Source: Phoronis australis (taxonomy: Eukaryota > Animalia > Phoronida). From it: DNA of 64,000 bases. Positions 24,489 to 39,759 of the stretch are shown piece after piece. Under the pieces are notes generated by a model, which ran no database searches, was not told the origin of the DNA, and saw only the letters and a list, made by a program, of their open reading frames with translations. The stretch lies in the NCBI GenBank assembly GCA_002633005.1, contig NMRA01000538.1, positions 230,989 to 294,988 on the forward strand, in the 5' to 3' direction. Each line of letters opens with the position of its first letter. Within the stretch, counting starts at the first letter, position 1. Both the position numbers and the translations under genes were made by a program.

Positions 24489-27251
24489 TATGTTTGTCAC
24501 TCAGCTATCCAACGACTTGCATTAAATCGCGCACAACATGCAACAGAAGAAGTATTCTATACAATAAACAAAACGTGCAACGAAATGTTGCCTCCAAAAT
24601 TTCAAATAAGAATTACAATTTAGCAAACCCTCTCAAATGATCAACACACAACGATGACACACAAACTCATTTCGTAAACAAAACATGTCAACATTTACAG
24701 TTATAAATACGAAAATAACATTTCACCGCTATGACAGTGAGTAATTTACAACCACTTTTAACAATTGATATCGAGCTCCTGTACTCGCAGTGAGTGAGAA
24801 ATGAAGTTTTTAAATAAATGAAATTGAAGGGTACGTCGATGAATGTAGTTGCTTAGCAAACACACAATAACACAATATGACTGTCGCCAAAATATATGCG
24901 AAGGCCGACATTTCCTAAAACATTCCTCTGTTTAGGACATGTCACGTTAGTCGGCGACTGTGTCAATGCACAGTAACTCTCAAGACACACTTGAGAACCG
25001 TCCACGACAATGATAATATTTGTTTTCCAACTCTTTGGCGAGTAATGATGTCAATTCGAAGGCGTGGGTCTTGTTTTAGTAAACGATTGGTAATTTGATT
25101 AATATAGCGAAACTGCAATTCCTCTTGATTAGCTGTTCCACCAACTAAAATCAAGGCGTATCCCTTCAAACTCAGCCTCGAGAGCTTCACTACTATGACT
25201 GGACTTTAAAATTTCCATGGCCTAGATGAACATTCAAAGCATTTACAAACCAAAAAGCGCTTCGGAAAGTCACAGGCCAGGGCCGATGCTGCAACTGAAA
25301 GGAAACTTGCAACTCCAGTTTGATATCGACAAGTAAATAGGAAGAAACTCCATTCAATAATTTTCAAGAAAAAATTCAATAGATACGCTTCTCTTTCTGA
25401 CAACGCCTACATACAGTTTGGCAAAATATGGTAAAAAATTTGGGACACTGAAAAATGACTAATTGTGGTCAAGGTCGTAGCATGTCCCAAATTCTAGAAA
25501 TAGGCAATATTGGGGTTCCCAAAATTACCCATTCTGTAGATCGCAAAAGCATTGTTCTCCTTCGTTGCAACTTACAGAATGAAGAAAATTCGATTTTCGC
25601 GAGAGTTTCCGTGTCTCAAATTATACAAACTGTCCAACATTGGAGATTTTTAAAAAAACAAAACCACACCTAGGTACATCGAAACACCGCATTATTTCTA
25701 ATCTGAACAATCCGTCTACGTACAGTCCGCTTACTTTCTATTTAAAGATTTTCACTTAGTCGGTCGCCATTCAGAATTTAACAAGTTTCTTGTTTCAGGT
25801 GCAAAAGAAGGTGACATTTGCCGGTCATGACTATCTTCAGTTATTTATTTCACTTCCAAATAGACGTCAGTTTGATTCAGGTATTGGTTAAGTCGTTTTT
25901 GTTATTGTTTTATGAGTGTTGTGTTAGATATGGAGCTAGCTATGCTCTTGCTATTTAAATTTGTTTCATTATTTTATTCAGATAAATGTCAGTTTGTCAT
26001 ATAATTCATAAGCACTAGTGCCTCAGCTATGGCTAAACCACTGCGAAATATTCTCTTTATTTCTTTAAGTTTATATTAATCCGCCCCAGGTTTATCTCAA
26101 AACATTTATGTAAGATAAATAATACGGAGAAATGCATTTACATTCTTGTCAGTGTTCTACACAAGAACTGGTTGTACCGATTCTTAAATGTCGGAATGTT
26201 ATTCCAAGAATTTGCAACAGAAATTTGCAAATGTAACCCATACCGGGTCGAACTTGTTGCCAAGAATTTAATTTTCAGACTGTCGATAAAATTACCGTGG
26301 GCACATATTGCTATTGACAGGTATGCCGTGAATAAATATAGACTACATACTGCGTTCCAGTAATTCTTCCCATAAGTAACTCATACAGTTTTTAATGTGG
26401 GTTTCTTAATAGTATACTGTATCTGTTGCAGTTTCCAGTTTCTTGAAAAATTAACTTCGGACGATGTTGAGCTTTTCATATAAAACACCCAAACATTCGC
26501 GAATTACTTGTTTTCTAGAGACAGAAAAAGACACGGGCCTACCAGGCATACAAAGACAGTGAATATAATGATTATCTGCCATAGAGCAAGTCTACAGAAA
26601 GAAAATTCACGAAATCAACAAGTAGGCAGAGAATTAAGGCAAAGTTATCAAATTGCCGTTGAACTAGACGTACGAACTTCGTTGACTGAAAAACGTAATG
26701 CTTAACTTCGTCAGAATTAAAGCACAGTGCAATGGGCAGTAACGTGTCGGTCTTTTTGTTGTGCGTACTTTATTTCGAAAAATTCCGACAACACTGTCCT
26801 ATTAAAGTGATAGAGTTCATTTCCTTGTGATGCTGTCAAAGACTTTTGATTTTCGGTTGTATTTACAGAGCTGACATTGTAATATAAGTAGTTGCGTCTG
26901 ACCTATACAACCCGGCTAACTCCGCGGGCGTAATTTGAGGACATACTAAGTCGCAGGCCAGGGTACAATACTGGAGAGATTTATTTTCTTTTCCAGTTGG
27001 CAAAATGTCTTCGTCTATTTATAGTATCTTTCACCTTATCTTCCCGCTGATAAAGAGAAGTGAGTGTAATGTAATCTGGCCATTTACACACACGTCAATG
27101 ACAAAGTACGCTGAACTCATTCATAAATACTACGAGGAATCGGTAGACGTCATTGGTCAATTTATCGATGCAACAGCACCACGTGATAAATTATAACCAA
27201 ATATGGTAACATACGTCATACGCAATATATAAAACATGAACGGGATTTTAC

Positions 27252-27287
27252 TATAAATACGCAAGCATACCGAGCGGAGATCAGATT
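27252..27287 (+). promoter_or_regulatory. Putative core promoter of the LamG gene (TATA + Inr)
   Basis: TATAAA at 27252-27257 and Inr-like TCAGATT at 27281, ~30 bp apart, ~70 nt upstream of ATG 27354. Confidence 0.6.
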
Positions 27288-27353
27288 CTTCAACGTGCGT
27301 AAACAGTACCGGGCTAGTAAAAAGCAAACTGCTCCGAAAACGTGTCCGCAATC

Positions 27354-27458
27354 ATGGTAAACATATCGTCCGTAGTATTGGCAGTTGTGTCATTGACGTT
27401 GGTCGACATTAGCGAAGTCATGTCCATGGCTGTCCGGGCGGCGCCCCTTTGTAGGAAG
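27354..27458 (+). CDS. Single-LamG secreted protein, exon 1 (signal peptide)
   Basis: Kozak-like ATCATGG; MVNISSVVLAVVSLTLVDISEVMSMAVRAAPLCRK; AAG|GTGAGA donor, phase 0. Confidence 0.75.
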
Positions 27459-27815
27459 GTGAGACCATTATTTTAAGTTTTATGCAAAGTATTCTTAGAC
27501 TTACATTTAGCCATTGAAAAGACACTTGTCTCCAGTAACTGCGATCTATTGATTGCCTTCTCAAATTTGAAACAAAAGACAGTGACGATCAAAATTAAAC
27601 AAGACCATTAGAATTGGTTGTAAGAAAACTAGAAAAAATAGAAATTAGATAAAACTAGGTAACACTCGTCACGAGAGCGTCAGTGAAATTGAAAAAATGA
27701 GCAATAAATCAGCTATTACAACTTTTGCTTCGAAAATCGACGCTTCTGCATACAGCTTGCAGCATATCAGAGTCAATAAGGCGCATGTTCGTTTAATCTT
27801 TGTTAAACAAACAAC

Positions 27816-27931
27816 GGCAATAGCCTCTTACAGGGGTCCCGGGCATCTATTTTGAGAACTAGTTTGATGGTGGTTATTCAAAGGAGAAAACTGGTTCTCA
27901 AAATGCGGGACCACTGTAAGTGATTGTTACC
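27816..27931. mobile_element. ~115-bp palindromic mini-element (copy 1)
   Basis: Arms TTTTGAGAACTAGTTT / AAACTGGTTCTCAAAA; CGGCAATAG...TTACCC ends shared with 59259-59370. Confidence 0.7.
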
Positions 27932-30900
27932 CAAGGAACAGTGGGGTGCGGAAACATTATAGTCCCAAACTTATGTCTTTTGAATTTCCGCCACGTACTT
28001 CAAATTTGAACAGAGCATTTTTTATCGCTGTGCGTTTCCGTATGTTTTAGCCAAGGTGCAGAGCATCAAAAACCTCATAAAAAGAGAACACTCCCAATCA
28101 AGATTTCAAATGCAGCGAATAGAGTTTCGTGCATACTTGATAACAAGGTTGTCATTTATAGCGAATTGTAGGTATCACTATAGAAGTACATTTATTTCAC
28201 AGTAATAATCCGTGATATCAAAACAGCAATGAGAAAACAACTGCAAACACAACATGATGTTTCGTTTAGGTTACAATAGGAAACACGTTTCATGACTTTT
28301 TAAATTTAATTTGGACCAGATGTTTAGACCAGCCAGCAATAGATAACAATAATTTAAAGCAAATAGCTGTTGTTTATGTACACGTATCAAAAATAAACCT
28401 TAACTTGGACCACAATTTCAATTGTTCTTTTCTTTTAGTCTAAGAACGAATGTGAAGCGACTCGCTCTCAGTTTATAGTATCATGGGTCCCTGTTGGGAT
28501 AGCAGTTTGCCTCGCTTACAAACCACAATGCCGTTCTCATTAATAGCATCCTTTCCTTTTAAGTTATTTCCTCACGAACAAATTTTCCTACTCTTGTTCC
28601 ACAATTCTTTTTCACGTGAACGTTCCCCTTGTTCAAGAATCAAAGTTGCACTCCCGGTTACAATTTCCATATATCGCACCAAGTACGCACTTACTCATGC
28701 CACCTGTCTGAGTTCACGAGGAAAAGAGCGCGTTCGTAACAAACGAACTGCGGTGGTTGTGTTGACAAATACATTTTGCAGGGAAAAAATCCGGAAAAAA
28801 AACGCTGTAAACGAATACACCCGCGTATTTCGAAAGAGAAAGCTGTATTGACGATGGTCTGTGTTTAGTCGATGCACGAAGTGAAACATGTCATAACGTT
28901 TTAATTTGGAATGAATTTATCTGAAGGAATAATTCAAGTTCCAAAATTACACAACCTTGTTTTACTTTATTCAGTGGTGGGTATACGGGGGATCAGGGGT
29001 TTGACCCCCTCCAACTACAAGGGGTAACAAAACGCACCGCTAGCACAAACGAAGCCGCCAACAGGTGTAAATCCCCCTTAAGCAAAATCTGACATTCGTC
29101 GCTTTTATTTCTGTTTGATGTGGCACATTTTTGGGTCACCGAAAGCGTGCTTAATCCCACTTTAGTTTTAGTTATTACAGGAGAAGAAAGTTAAGCGAGT
29201 AAGTCAAACGTGGATAGCTTTTTATAGTCAAACCACGAAAATCACCGACAATGCGAATCCATATGTTTTTATTGGTTGATTAGACGAATCGGAAAGGTAC
29301 AAGCAAAGATACCAACAGTGTGCCAGAAGCAAGGGAGAGTAGAACCTCTAATTAATGGGCTCGCACCCATCCCACTCCACGTTGAACAATTCTCTTGGGT
29401 TTCATTCACAAATCCACCGTACAATGGTTTTAACACGTGTTTAGCCTCAACGGCTCTAGCCAGGAATTTTTCAATGGACGCAAAAGGTGCAAACTAAAAT
29501 CTTGACCGTACTTCACACAACAGGAAGAAGGCACAAACAAACGATATGTATCGGGTAATGACAAGTTTATTTCGCCAATCCTACGTGAAGCGTAGCATGA
29601 TTCACGTAACCTTCCGGGCACATTGTCCTTCGATATGATAAATAGCGGTTTCAAATTTGAATGGTTATCATCAAGAATTATAAAAGAAGACACGTGTTAG
29701 AAAATTCAGGCTGTAATTATTTTTTCAGAAAGTTCGTTAATGAGAGAACGTGGTTACAGACGAAGTATTTTATTCAACCATTCACTGTTTTATTGCACAT
29801 TGTTCGTTTGTGAAAATGATGCGGAGACAGAAATTCAATAACCAACAATTATTCAATACCCGGTAAAAAACGACCAAGATGAAGTGGATTTTGATTTATT
29901 TGTAAACATTCGAGGTACACCTGACAATATAGTATTACACGAGCAGCTGAAAAAGTGGTTTTTGATAGACAAGGCGATGACTCATCAAGTGAAGTCACCC
30001 GTTTACCGCTCTATTTACAAACTTTTGTCGACTACATGTCCTGGTACCCGTAGTATCAGTCAATAGGTGTTTGTTATCAAATAAAAGGGTTAAATATACC
30101 CTTTAGGTACGGTGTTAGATTTTTTGCCCAGGTTAATACATCAATGGCGTTTTTGCAGAAACATGAGACCGCTCTAAAGAACGTATGTAGATGAATATAC
30201 TATACACGATTCCGCGCTTTCGGGCGACTGAATGCGATGGACTATTCTATAACACTTTGATGGTACACCAGAGAAAATTTCATTCAATAGGAGGTCATCG
30301 TTTTTGAGATGAACAGTCTCTGTTTTTGCACTGATTATGTCTTGCAGTCGAAGCTGTGTGAAGTGAATATCAGTTATGCCAACTGACGAAAGACAGATGT
30401 AACGAAAAAGGTGTCCTGGTTGGTACTATCTGTGCATTAGTATCAAGCACCATCTGGTGGACAAAAATTTCTGTCCGAAACGTTTGGTGCTAATGCAGTG
30501 TTTAATCCCGACCTGGACGTGTTTCTAAATTTAATTTTACTTTTATATTACACGCTGAACAAGACTGCATATAACTTGAGAAACAGACGGGTTCTTGATG
30601 AGATTAGTGATCCGATAATGTATTTCTTCTTTAGTATTCTATTTTACGAAGTAATTCTCTTACAAAACGGAGAACGTGCAAAAACCTACGTTCAAGAAAG
30701 GGCTGGCTCAAATAATGTAACCCTTTCGCACCCTTTCCGCTGTCTGCTGCAGACGTTGTAGTAAGAGCCACAGAATGATAGTAGTCGCCAGCTGGTGCGT
30801 ATACAACATCTGTACAAATTGTGTAGTAAGTAATTACGTTTGTATACAGTTTACTTGTTTTAGCATACAACGGTTGCGGGGACTGCGAAAAGGCAGCGAT

Positions 30901-31047
30901 TGTAACTCTCTTACAACGTTATGTTGACTATCCTTTATCTGCTATTGCTGGACAGAAATGAAAACCAGATGGCAAAGAGGGGCATGGTCTGCGAAACGCA
31001 AACATCTATTTTTGCGTCTAGAAATGTGTAATTTTTCTATGTTACAG

Positions 31048-31151
31048 GCAGCCATAAGCATAGATGTCACAGGTAGCCAAGGGGCGAAAACCGGAAAGGG
31101 TTACGGGAGTTCTATACAATTCGTTAATTTGTCGCGCCCTATAAAAATTGG
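31048..31151 (+). CDS. Single-LamG secreted protein, exon 2
   Basis: ttacag acceptor, 104 nt, phase 0-2, AAISIDVTGSQGAKTGKGYGSSIQFVNLSRPIKIG, GG|GTGAGT donor; phases fit both neighbours. Confidence 0.75.
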
Positions 31152-34100
31152 GTGAGTACATATATACAGTGTGTGAAGCCAAATGTATTGATAACGTGCG
31201 CGCATCATTAGCACAAAAACGACATAATAATGCTGATAAGGATTTTCATATTTATCTCATTTAATTTGAAAACTCTAGCTGACACAAAGAGAAACTACTT
31301 AACGGCGGAACTGCTTTTGCGTCTTCTCATTCGGAACACCTCGGGCATACAAAAGTAACCGAGGTGTTCAAGGTTGATTTCCGTGGACGCAGCAATCTCG
31401 CGACGGAAGCTAGCGTGATCCCGTGCTTCGTTTGTAATACATGGCAATGTTTCGCGCAGTCTTGTGTGATCTTACGTTAGCAAAGATCTCAGGTCTACGG
31501 AACTCAATCACAGGGGAATTTGAGGTGTTGCGGATTGTATCTTCTACAAAAGTCACTGAACTACACTAACTTCTGCGTTGCACACATCCAGGACATGTTA
31601 CATTACGACAAGGGAGCTTCATAACTGGGAAAGTAAATATACAAAATGTAGGGATTCACAACTAAAATTTGTCATGTAATTTTTATGTAGCCACGTTCAC
31701 AATACAAGTTGATAAATCGATTGTTTCAAAATAGTTTCCAACTGACAACGTAAAGATCTTTTGGTAGTATAATTTGATGACTGAAGCCTGAAAGCAAAAT
31801 GGAGACTACGTCTGGGTTTTATTGAAGTCCTCAAAGACGTAAAACTTAAACTGTGCGGTTCTTGGAACACAAACCGCAGCAATCAGGTGCACAGTTTTAT
31901 TATTTAATTATCAGCTTAAGGCGGCGAATATAAAATCGTGTTCTCATTTTGAACGTAGTTTAAAAAATTCCTCAATTTCCGCAAAGCAACATAAAGATTC
32001 CACATTATATGCACTGAGCAATTAACTGGGACCTGGGATCCGTTTAAAAATCAACCCTAAGTTTGTTTTTAGTATGAAATCAATAACACTGTTCCATTGC
32101 TGAAACGTGAAGCCATCGTTGATATCAAGTGTAAGACTTTCATGAAAGTCACCCCGGGGATACATTCCACAGACGCGAAAAACTAGCGAAAAGCAACATA
32201 ACGGAAGTCCGCGAGAGTGTTTGCCTCTAACAAAAATGTGGCCACTGAAGAAATTTATCGGTGAGTATGAAATGTTGAATTGTGAGATAAAATTCAGCGT
32301 TTCCCTTCCATAAGCGAAGATATCTCACCGCAAATGCTTTGCAAGTGCCTTCGGGCCTGCGGAACGCCCAGGTCATCATCACTGTATACCAACCACGATC
32401 GTCAATTTCCGCATGACATCATCATATACATATTAAACAAATAAAATATATTTGTACAACAATCTGAGTGAAGTCAATGCTTGAGCTGACAGAAATAGGA
32501 ATACTTATACACTATAACTCGTGACCTGTGACCCGGAAGCACGCACAGCCTAAACTTATTCAAAGGTGTATTGGGTCTTGTTGCGATACTATGACTATTA
32601 TCTTGGGACATCCGCAATCACACAATAACGGTGTCGAATGTTTTAATTTTACGACGTGAAGTAAGGCAAGTTAACGCCTCTTGTTTGAATATACTTTATG
32701 TATCTTGATCACAGTGCAGCTCATAAGTGTTATTTTTTACTTAATTAATCGCGTCATATTTATTTCGTCTTACTTCGAGATTGGACATTTTGTTAACCAT
32801 CTAAAAAACCGCAACATCATGTTCTGCAATACAAGCTAGAAATGTGATTTTACGTTTGATCTGGATTTTGCACGAGAGAGCTTTTTAAATGTGAATAATT
32901 GATTTAAGTCCCTGACTAGATGCTAACAGATATTTGACCACAATTTTCTGACTCCCCATATCCACACTGTCAATGGTTAGATCCCAAATCTTTACATTTT
33001 TCATGTCTTGTTAAGATTCCTTACTATTACTGGCTTGAAATCTGCGCACACAGGAATAGATTTGGATTTTTTGAGGAAAGTTGTTAAAGTTGAACATCGT
33101 GCAAAATTTGGCATACACTGTTTGAATGTATTTTGTTTCTAAACAGGTAATGACATAGTATTTTCTTTTTCACCGTGCACGGCATTTTGAATAATGAATA
33201 CTAGACTCCTGCCTCCAAATTTGAAAAAAATAGAACACGATCACAGATTGCGGGCAGAATTCTGAGTGACATGGGATGCATAAAACACGGTGTATTCAGA
33301 TGATATGTGAATAGACCTACATTCCGTAGACCCAAGAAACTCGCGAAAACGCAAGAACGCGCCAGGCTTCGCGAGATATCGCCATGCAACACAGGCCAAG
33401 CAAGAGGTCATGCAAAGTATACCCGCGAAATTATTGCGTGTACGCCGGGACTGCCCCAAATCAAGAGTTATTTTTGACACTAAACTGGTTATTAACACTA
33501 AGTTACTAATTTGAGTACGAGTTGAGATCACACGATAAGCTTCTTAATAAAAATAGAATACTCGAACGTGAAGGAAGGTGCGTTCCGGGATCGGTTCTCA
33601 CCTCAACCGGAAATGATGAATGATAAAGGAGCGCCAATACTCTTATCATGTAACACCTATAGTCGGCGACTTGGAGCAATCCTTCACATTTCAATGATTC
33701 AGTTATAGCATTACGTGAAGCTAGCCACTGTTATATAAAGGTTAAACATTGGTGATACAACTACATGCTTGTAGTCATGTCTCGGCCAGACTGAACGGCT
33801 CTGCACCAGGACAGTTAAGAAGACATTTTGTAAACAGAAATATGATCATCATACCGGGGATATTAAGTTTTATTATTTTCATTTTCCATAAAAATTAAGT
33901 AATAATTCCTTATCACTTTTACTTCTATGGCAATGCTTTCGCCAGAGGATGATTTCAAAAAAACGCGGGTATTCACAACAACATTAGAAACCTCAGCGAA
34001 ATGAATAAAGCCCAACTATTAGCCATAATCTTTGTACATAAGCGATGAGATTTCAAATATCAGAGCAGCCATTACTGTATCACTGTACTGTGAACAAAAT

Positions 34101-35070
34101 AAGCAAACAAACAGCAACAACAACGATAATAACAATAAGGGTTCAAAAGATGTGTCACATTTTTAAAAGCACACTTATATAGATATCTAGCCTCACTTGC
34201 CAAACCATTTCTTATGATGACCTTATCACTATCGGCGTCAGGTATAATTGAACGAGTCTGTTAAACAAGAGTGGAGAGTCAATTATCATTTATCTATAGT
34301 CAGTTCGCACCTAGAAACAAGTGAAATCAAATTTCTCAAAAGTGACCGTTTGAAAAAGGCAAATATTTGCCCGGGAATCAGCCGATAACGGGAATGCGCA
34401 CTAGGGGGTAACTCTAACAATTTAAAGCAAGAATCACGGAGTATTAAATCAAATGGTCCACTCATTAGTCAAGATTAGACCTATCAAACTTGCAGTGAAC
34501 TTAGTGCGGTCACCTCAGTCAATACATATGGTAACGTTGCATCTGTCACAGGACAGGAGCTTAATTTGGCACAGATAGGAATCGTCGCCATGGCGACAGA
34601 AAGCTTCAGTTCGACCCCTGTATTCATTCGTTCTGGAAATAAAGTTCGATGACTTCATTTGAGTGATAGTTCACAATTCACGTGACGCAAATGATAAATT
34701 TGCACAGTTGTTAGTGACTGGATTATGTAAACACATGCGAATAAAAGGTTTTGTTAAGACAGAGAATCTATTGATCATAAGTGAAAAAGGACAAAATTTT
34801 CGTTCAATAGTTTATTTGCAGTAAAGTACAGCACCTGTTAAGCACAACGACTTTAAGTGACATTACGGATAAGAAAAGTGGTATTCTGAGAACACCTCCA
34901 ACGTGGAACCGCGCTCACAACCTCAGCCCCGAACACGTAGAGAGAGAAAAAATGTAGATTTGATTGAGCACACTTTTAATTTGGAAACTTACAAAAAACA
35001 TACTAATTTTGTTATTCTGAATACATCGTACAAAACGCAACACTGTCAATGACAATGATTTCTTTTGCAG

Positions 35071-35263
35071 CGATTACGTGAGCCTAGACTTCAAAACCGA
35101 GAAAGACGCCGGGCTGTTGATTTATTTAGCTTCGCGGGATCTCACAAACTATATTCAGGTGTTTTTGCACAAGGGTCAACCTCGACTGAGGATGAAATGC
35201 GGTGACTACCAGAGCAACGTCCACAGTCACATGCCATCACTGAAGGATGGTGAATTCCATGAG
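35071..35263 (+). CDS. Single-LamG secreted protein, exon 3 (LamG core)
   Basis: tttgcag acceptor, 193 nt, phase 2-0: DYVSLDFKTEKDAGLLIYLASRDLTNYIQVFLHKGQPRLRMKCGDYQSNVHSHMPSLKDGEFHE, matching LamG F[KR]T...GLL...DGxWH. Confidence 0.9.
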
Positions 35264-36262
35264 GTGAGAAAAGTTTTGCACTTGCTTGTTGATTTTGTAA
35301 GTACGCTGATTCCGTTTTTATTCAGTGGTATTCTGGCATCATTATTCTTAATTCAAGATCTATTGACGATTAATCTTCTACGGAGGCCAATGCACTAATT
35401 TCACTGAGTACTCCAGATTGTAAAGGGAACTCCCTTTTCACAGACTGGAGGGTTTGTATTCTGTCATCAATAAAAACGATTCTTTTTGAAAATAGAGAAC
35501 ATTATAAAGCCCAGTGTTGCTGCGAAATCCATGCACCTAAATGTTTAACGCATTGCAATACACGAATGAGACGACTGTGTATAACGCGTTTATAAAAGCG
35601 AAAATGCGCGGCGTTTTTTTATTTGCCAAATTCATTTACTTCGCCAAAGCTACTACGGCTATAATGAAGAAAGCTCAATTTTCCATCTTTTTCGTTTCAC
35701 TTTACAAGAACTTGTACGTCTCAAGTAGGGAATATTTGCTCCAGGGTCCTGCCCGCGGGCGACTGGTGTGGAGGTGCTTGGTTTCACTTTGCGGTTGTTG
35801 ACATTTGACACGAGAGCCACCACGTGTTAGATTGGTAAACCAGAAATGCGCTACCTAAATATTTACTAGTTGACTGACAAGTTTATTGCGCATGCTACCC
35901 ATTCCTTATCTCCTAGGGCTCACTTGTGAGGTGCGATAAAAAACATGTGGCCTACACCTGTACTCGTAAAACACACACACCTGTGACTCGGCACACGTGG
36001 GAATGCGGCTGTCTTGCACTGCTCGGGCACAAGTGCTGCTATGGAAGGCAACTACGGCAATGCCTCTGCTATTTCGAACACACTGCTGTTTCAAGCATAC
36101 TGTTGTAGAAAAATAATTGTCCGACTGTTAAAGAACTTTGGTATATGAGGATCTCAGTTGTATTTGTTACTTGCAAACATTAATTGGACATGTAGTGCCG
36201 ACAACGAACAATGATTGCCAAAGGTCACAGCCTCGTCACCATTGTTAACTTACTCCTTATAG

Positions 36263-36421
36263 TTAATTCTTCGCCGGTCCTCAAACCACCGACTAAACAA
36301 AGAGACGATCCTCATAGACAGCCAGAAGGCATTCCGCACGTATCCATACCAGTGCCCAGATCTAGAAGTCGTGTTTTTAGGAGGCTTCCCGTCTTCTCTC
36401 CAGAATGAAGTCAATGTTCCC
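36263..36421 (+). CDS. Single-LamG secreted protein, exon 4
   Basis: ccttatag acceptor, 159 nt, phase 0-0: LILRRSSNHRLNKETILIDSQKAFRTYPYQCPDLEVVFLGGFPSSLQNEVNVP (LamG LGGxP), GTAAGT donor. Confidence 0.88.
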
Positions 36422-39400
36422 GTAAGTACTACCCAATGCATGTAAACGTTGATAATGGAACTAATTGATTCAACAAATTTACGAATTACTATATCCTTTT
36501 TTGAAATACCACTTGCTTCAAATATAAAGCAAGTCCCATAAGCTATTAACGTGCAGAGGAGGTGGACAAACCATTTTCAGAATTTATGCTCAATTTCCCA
36601 AAGTAAAAGTCTGAGCAAAGTAGAAGTAAACCATATGAAGCACATCTTCAGGAGAAAGTGTTTCACTGAAAAAGTGCGACAAAACTTCATCTAAAACTAT
36701 GCAATAAACTTGCATAACACAAACGAATCTTACACGTCAAGTCTTCCATTGTAAACACCAACACTTGTGGTAACACAAAGACTGTAATACCAGTTCTGCG
36801 TTTTGACGCATCTTAGTAAAGTAAACAATAACTACAAGTCCGTAGTGGCGAGTAAACACTAGTAAGATCGGGTTTTTATTTCTCGCTTATGGATGAGAAC
36901 AGTATCGTGTATGAGACAACTTGACGATGATTCATTAAACAAACCGCCCCGTAATATGGGAAATACTTGGTCTTCTATGTAGGTGTACACCGTTTGTTTG
37001 CACTGTCCAAAATGATTATCAAGCTATCTTGAACGTTCATGAAAAATTCATTATATTATACCAACGCCAGGCCATTTGATATCACCGTGTGGTTTAACGA
37101 TTCTACCGAGTATGCTGCCGCAACAAAGTCTTCTTCCTAAGGCTTGAAGAAGGGGTGTCCAACTTTTTCCATCACAGGCCACGCAGACGAAAATACGCCA
37201 TGGGTCGGGCCGTTTGCAGTGAAACAACATTGAATTTTGCATTGCTATGCCACTTATTCCGTTGCCAAATAGTCGATATAACATCGCCAGTAACTTATCC
37301 TTTTCTTGCTCTGTTAGCCGTTAACCGTGTTAGAGGTCGCTACGATAGCGGAAAAGGAGAACATCAAGTAGCCATTTTTGGACAATATGATAACTTGTCT
37401 GCAAAAAGGGCCAAAGGCAAGATTTATTCAATTTCAACAGTGATGAACTCAGTGGGAGCAACGATGTCGCGTGTACCTCTATTTTACGAAAAATACCACC
37501 AAAAAAACACCGACGCTAACTATGGAAAATCTCAGACATGGTTTTTGAGCATTTTTATCGAAGTTCTAATACAGAAAGTTTGATGAATGGTGGTGAAAGG
37601 ACTTTTCCCTCTCAAAAACAAACAACATTTTCTCCATAAACCGATGCATGTGAATAACATGATTAGATTTGTCTAGATTCCTAGTTTCAGAAAATATACG
37701 CTTTTCTGAATGGACAGTCGCATGTTACTCATTTTAATTAGGGGTACACATAACCTTAAATGAAACTAGCAAGTTGGAGTAAGTTTTACGGTTGCAGTCA
37801 CAATCATCTGATATGCAATATTACTTCAGGAAAATACGTTTTGATTTAGGGGGTAATGTGAGGGCCAAGTTTAAAGTCTTGTCTAGAGTCGATAAAAATG
37901 AACCAATCCAGACTTAGATCAAAACTGTGTGCCGGCTTGCAGTTTCAAATTCTTCAAATACTACTATTTAATTTAGCAGTCATACGTGGAAAAAGACCCT
38001 CGTGATTAATGAAAAATACACGAAAACTATTTCCTCTGATTATTCGTATTTTTGCAGTCACACACGATATCATATTTGTCAGGCACCTTAGGGTTTTAAG
38101 GAATGACTCGCACGTGTCCAGAAGGCGAACTATTAAACAACACAAACACTTTTACGAAGCGATGACGTAGAAGAAATTTTTTTCAATTATGTTTCGAAAT
38201 CGAAAGAACTGACCCATGATTGAAGTCATTTGTCCCGGTATTCAACAACTGTTATTCATCATAATGTCTAGGTTTCCCGGCAACACATTTGTACATCGCA
38301 ACGCATGTAAAAGCTAGGTTGAGTTTTGGAACGGCAACAACCTAGTGAAGGAAGCTAGTGTGATCACGTGCCTCTCTTATAATAAATGGCAATATCTCGA
38401 GTGATCTTTCGTTTTTCAAGGTGCTGGGCTCAACGGAACGCATGCCAGGCTACTTCAGCTGTTGCTGCGAATGTAATTCGTTAGGATATTGGTCCGGCTG
38501 CTTACCAATTTAGTGTTTCTGTTCTTAGCTTGATAAAATGCAAACCGACTGTTTTGAACTGTGTCTGCTCAGATTCCAAAGTTCGACATAGCAAATTACT
38601 AGACGTCGTTCGTTAATTGAACACTTCATGCAAATCTTTAACTGCCTAGGAACAAGGCAATATTTAAAGGCGTTGGTTTATGATTTATCGCTTTGGTGGA
38701 ATTCACAAGAAGCATCTAAAACACTTTAAATGGGCGTTGCTGGAACGCAAACGTGATTTGCAGCAGATTTTTCATGGGCGTGTCTTTAACTATCTGGTGA
38801 TAGCCTAAGCTGTAACTGTACATCAGTCGTATCTCATGTGAAAAGAGATTTTTCAAACAAAAAAACTATCACCTTTCAAGCGTTTGTGAATTTGGCTAAA
38901 ACACGCATTCCAGAAGCCGTATGGATGCCTTGAGAAAACAACTTGCTTCTATCGGTCAAATACGAGTAATTCTAGATCTCAAGAATACAAAATGAATGAT
39001 TTTTGTATAGCCGGAACTAGTTATATAATGAATGAGATTTCAAGAATCTCGATTATTCAGGAGTATAAAACGAAACGCCATGTGCAATCACGTGTCAAAA
39101 TACCTCATGCTGTCTTCTGGCAGTGTGTCAAACGCACGTGTGCGGGGGTTCTGTGGCATGTGTCTAAAAATTCCTCGTATAGGACCTATGTTGCGGGCAT
39201 AGAATGTAAACACTATAGAGCACAGCCTAGGAATTTTTGTGAATGATTATCAAAGATCCAAACATTCTAGATAAAGTCATTAGATACGCGCAGGGAATAC
39301 TCACATGTCAGAATACTTTTATATTATGAATGAATGCCTGCCAACTTGATTGAGCATATCTGCTCCCTGTGATTGCAAACGCGTGTCATTTCAGTAATAG

Positions 39401-39759
39401 AAACCCATGCCAAAAGCTAATCAGTGGCTAAAGTTATGTGAGGATATTTTATCTGGGCTATAGTTAGGTGTTCCATCACACGTCACAATATGAGTACAAT
39501 GTAAAACGCCTGCACTCTTTGGAATCCCATTCCTTCTGGAACTTAAACATTTCTTTTAATTGAACTGTGGCTGGAATTTTTACGAATAAAGTACTAGTTT
39601 TTAAACACGTAACTGACGAATGACATATTGCATAAACTGAAATCCGTTCAACGGCGTAACTTTCATGTAGGTAAATGCGCATGTGCGTTCTAGAAAATCC
39701 AGATGGTCATAGCGTGTTTTAAAATGGCCAAGCAAATGGCACGGTATTCCAAGCAGTCC

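Noticed and set aside
24177-24623. CV/HT-repeat ORFs
   Set aside because: Translations of a CA microsatellite and N gap.
25799-25890. Possible non-coding upstream exon of the LamG gene
   Set aside because: Only an acceptor-like tttcag and weak donors; the TATA/Inr at 27252 already explains the gene start.
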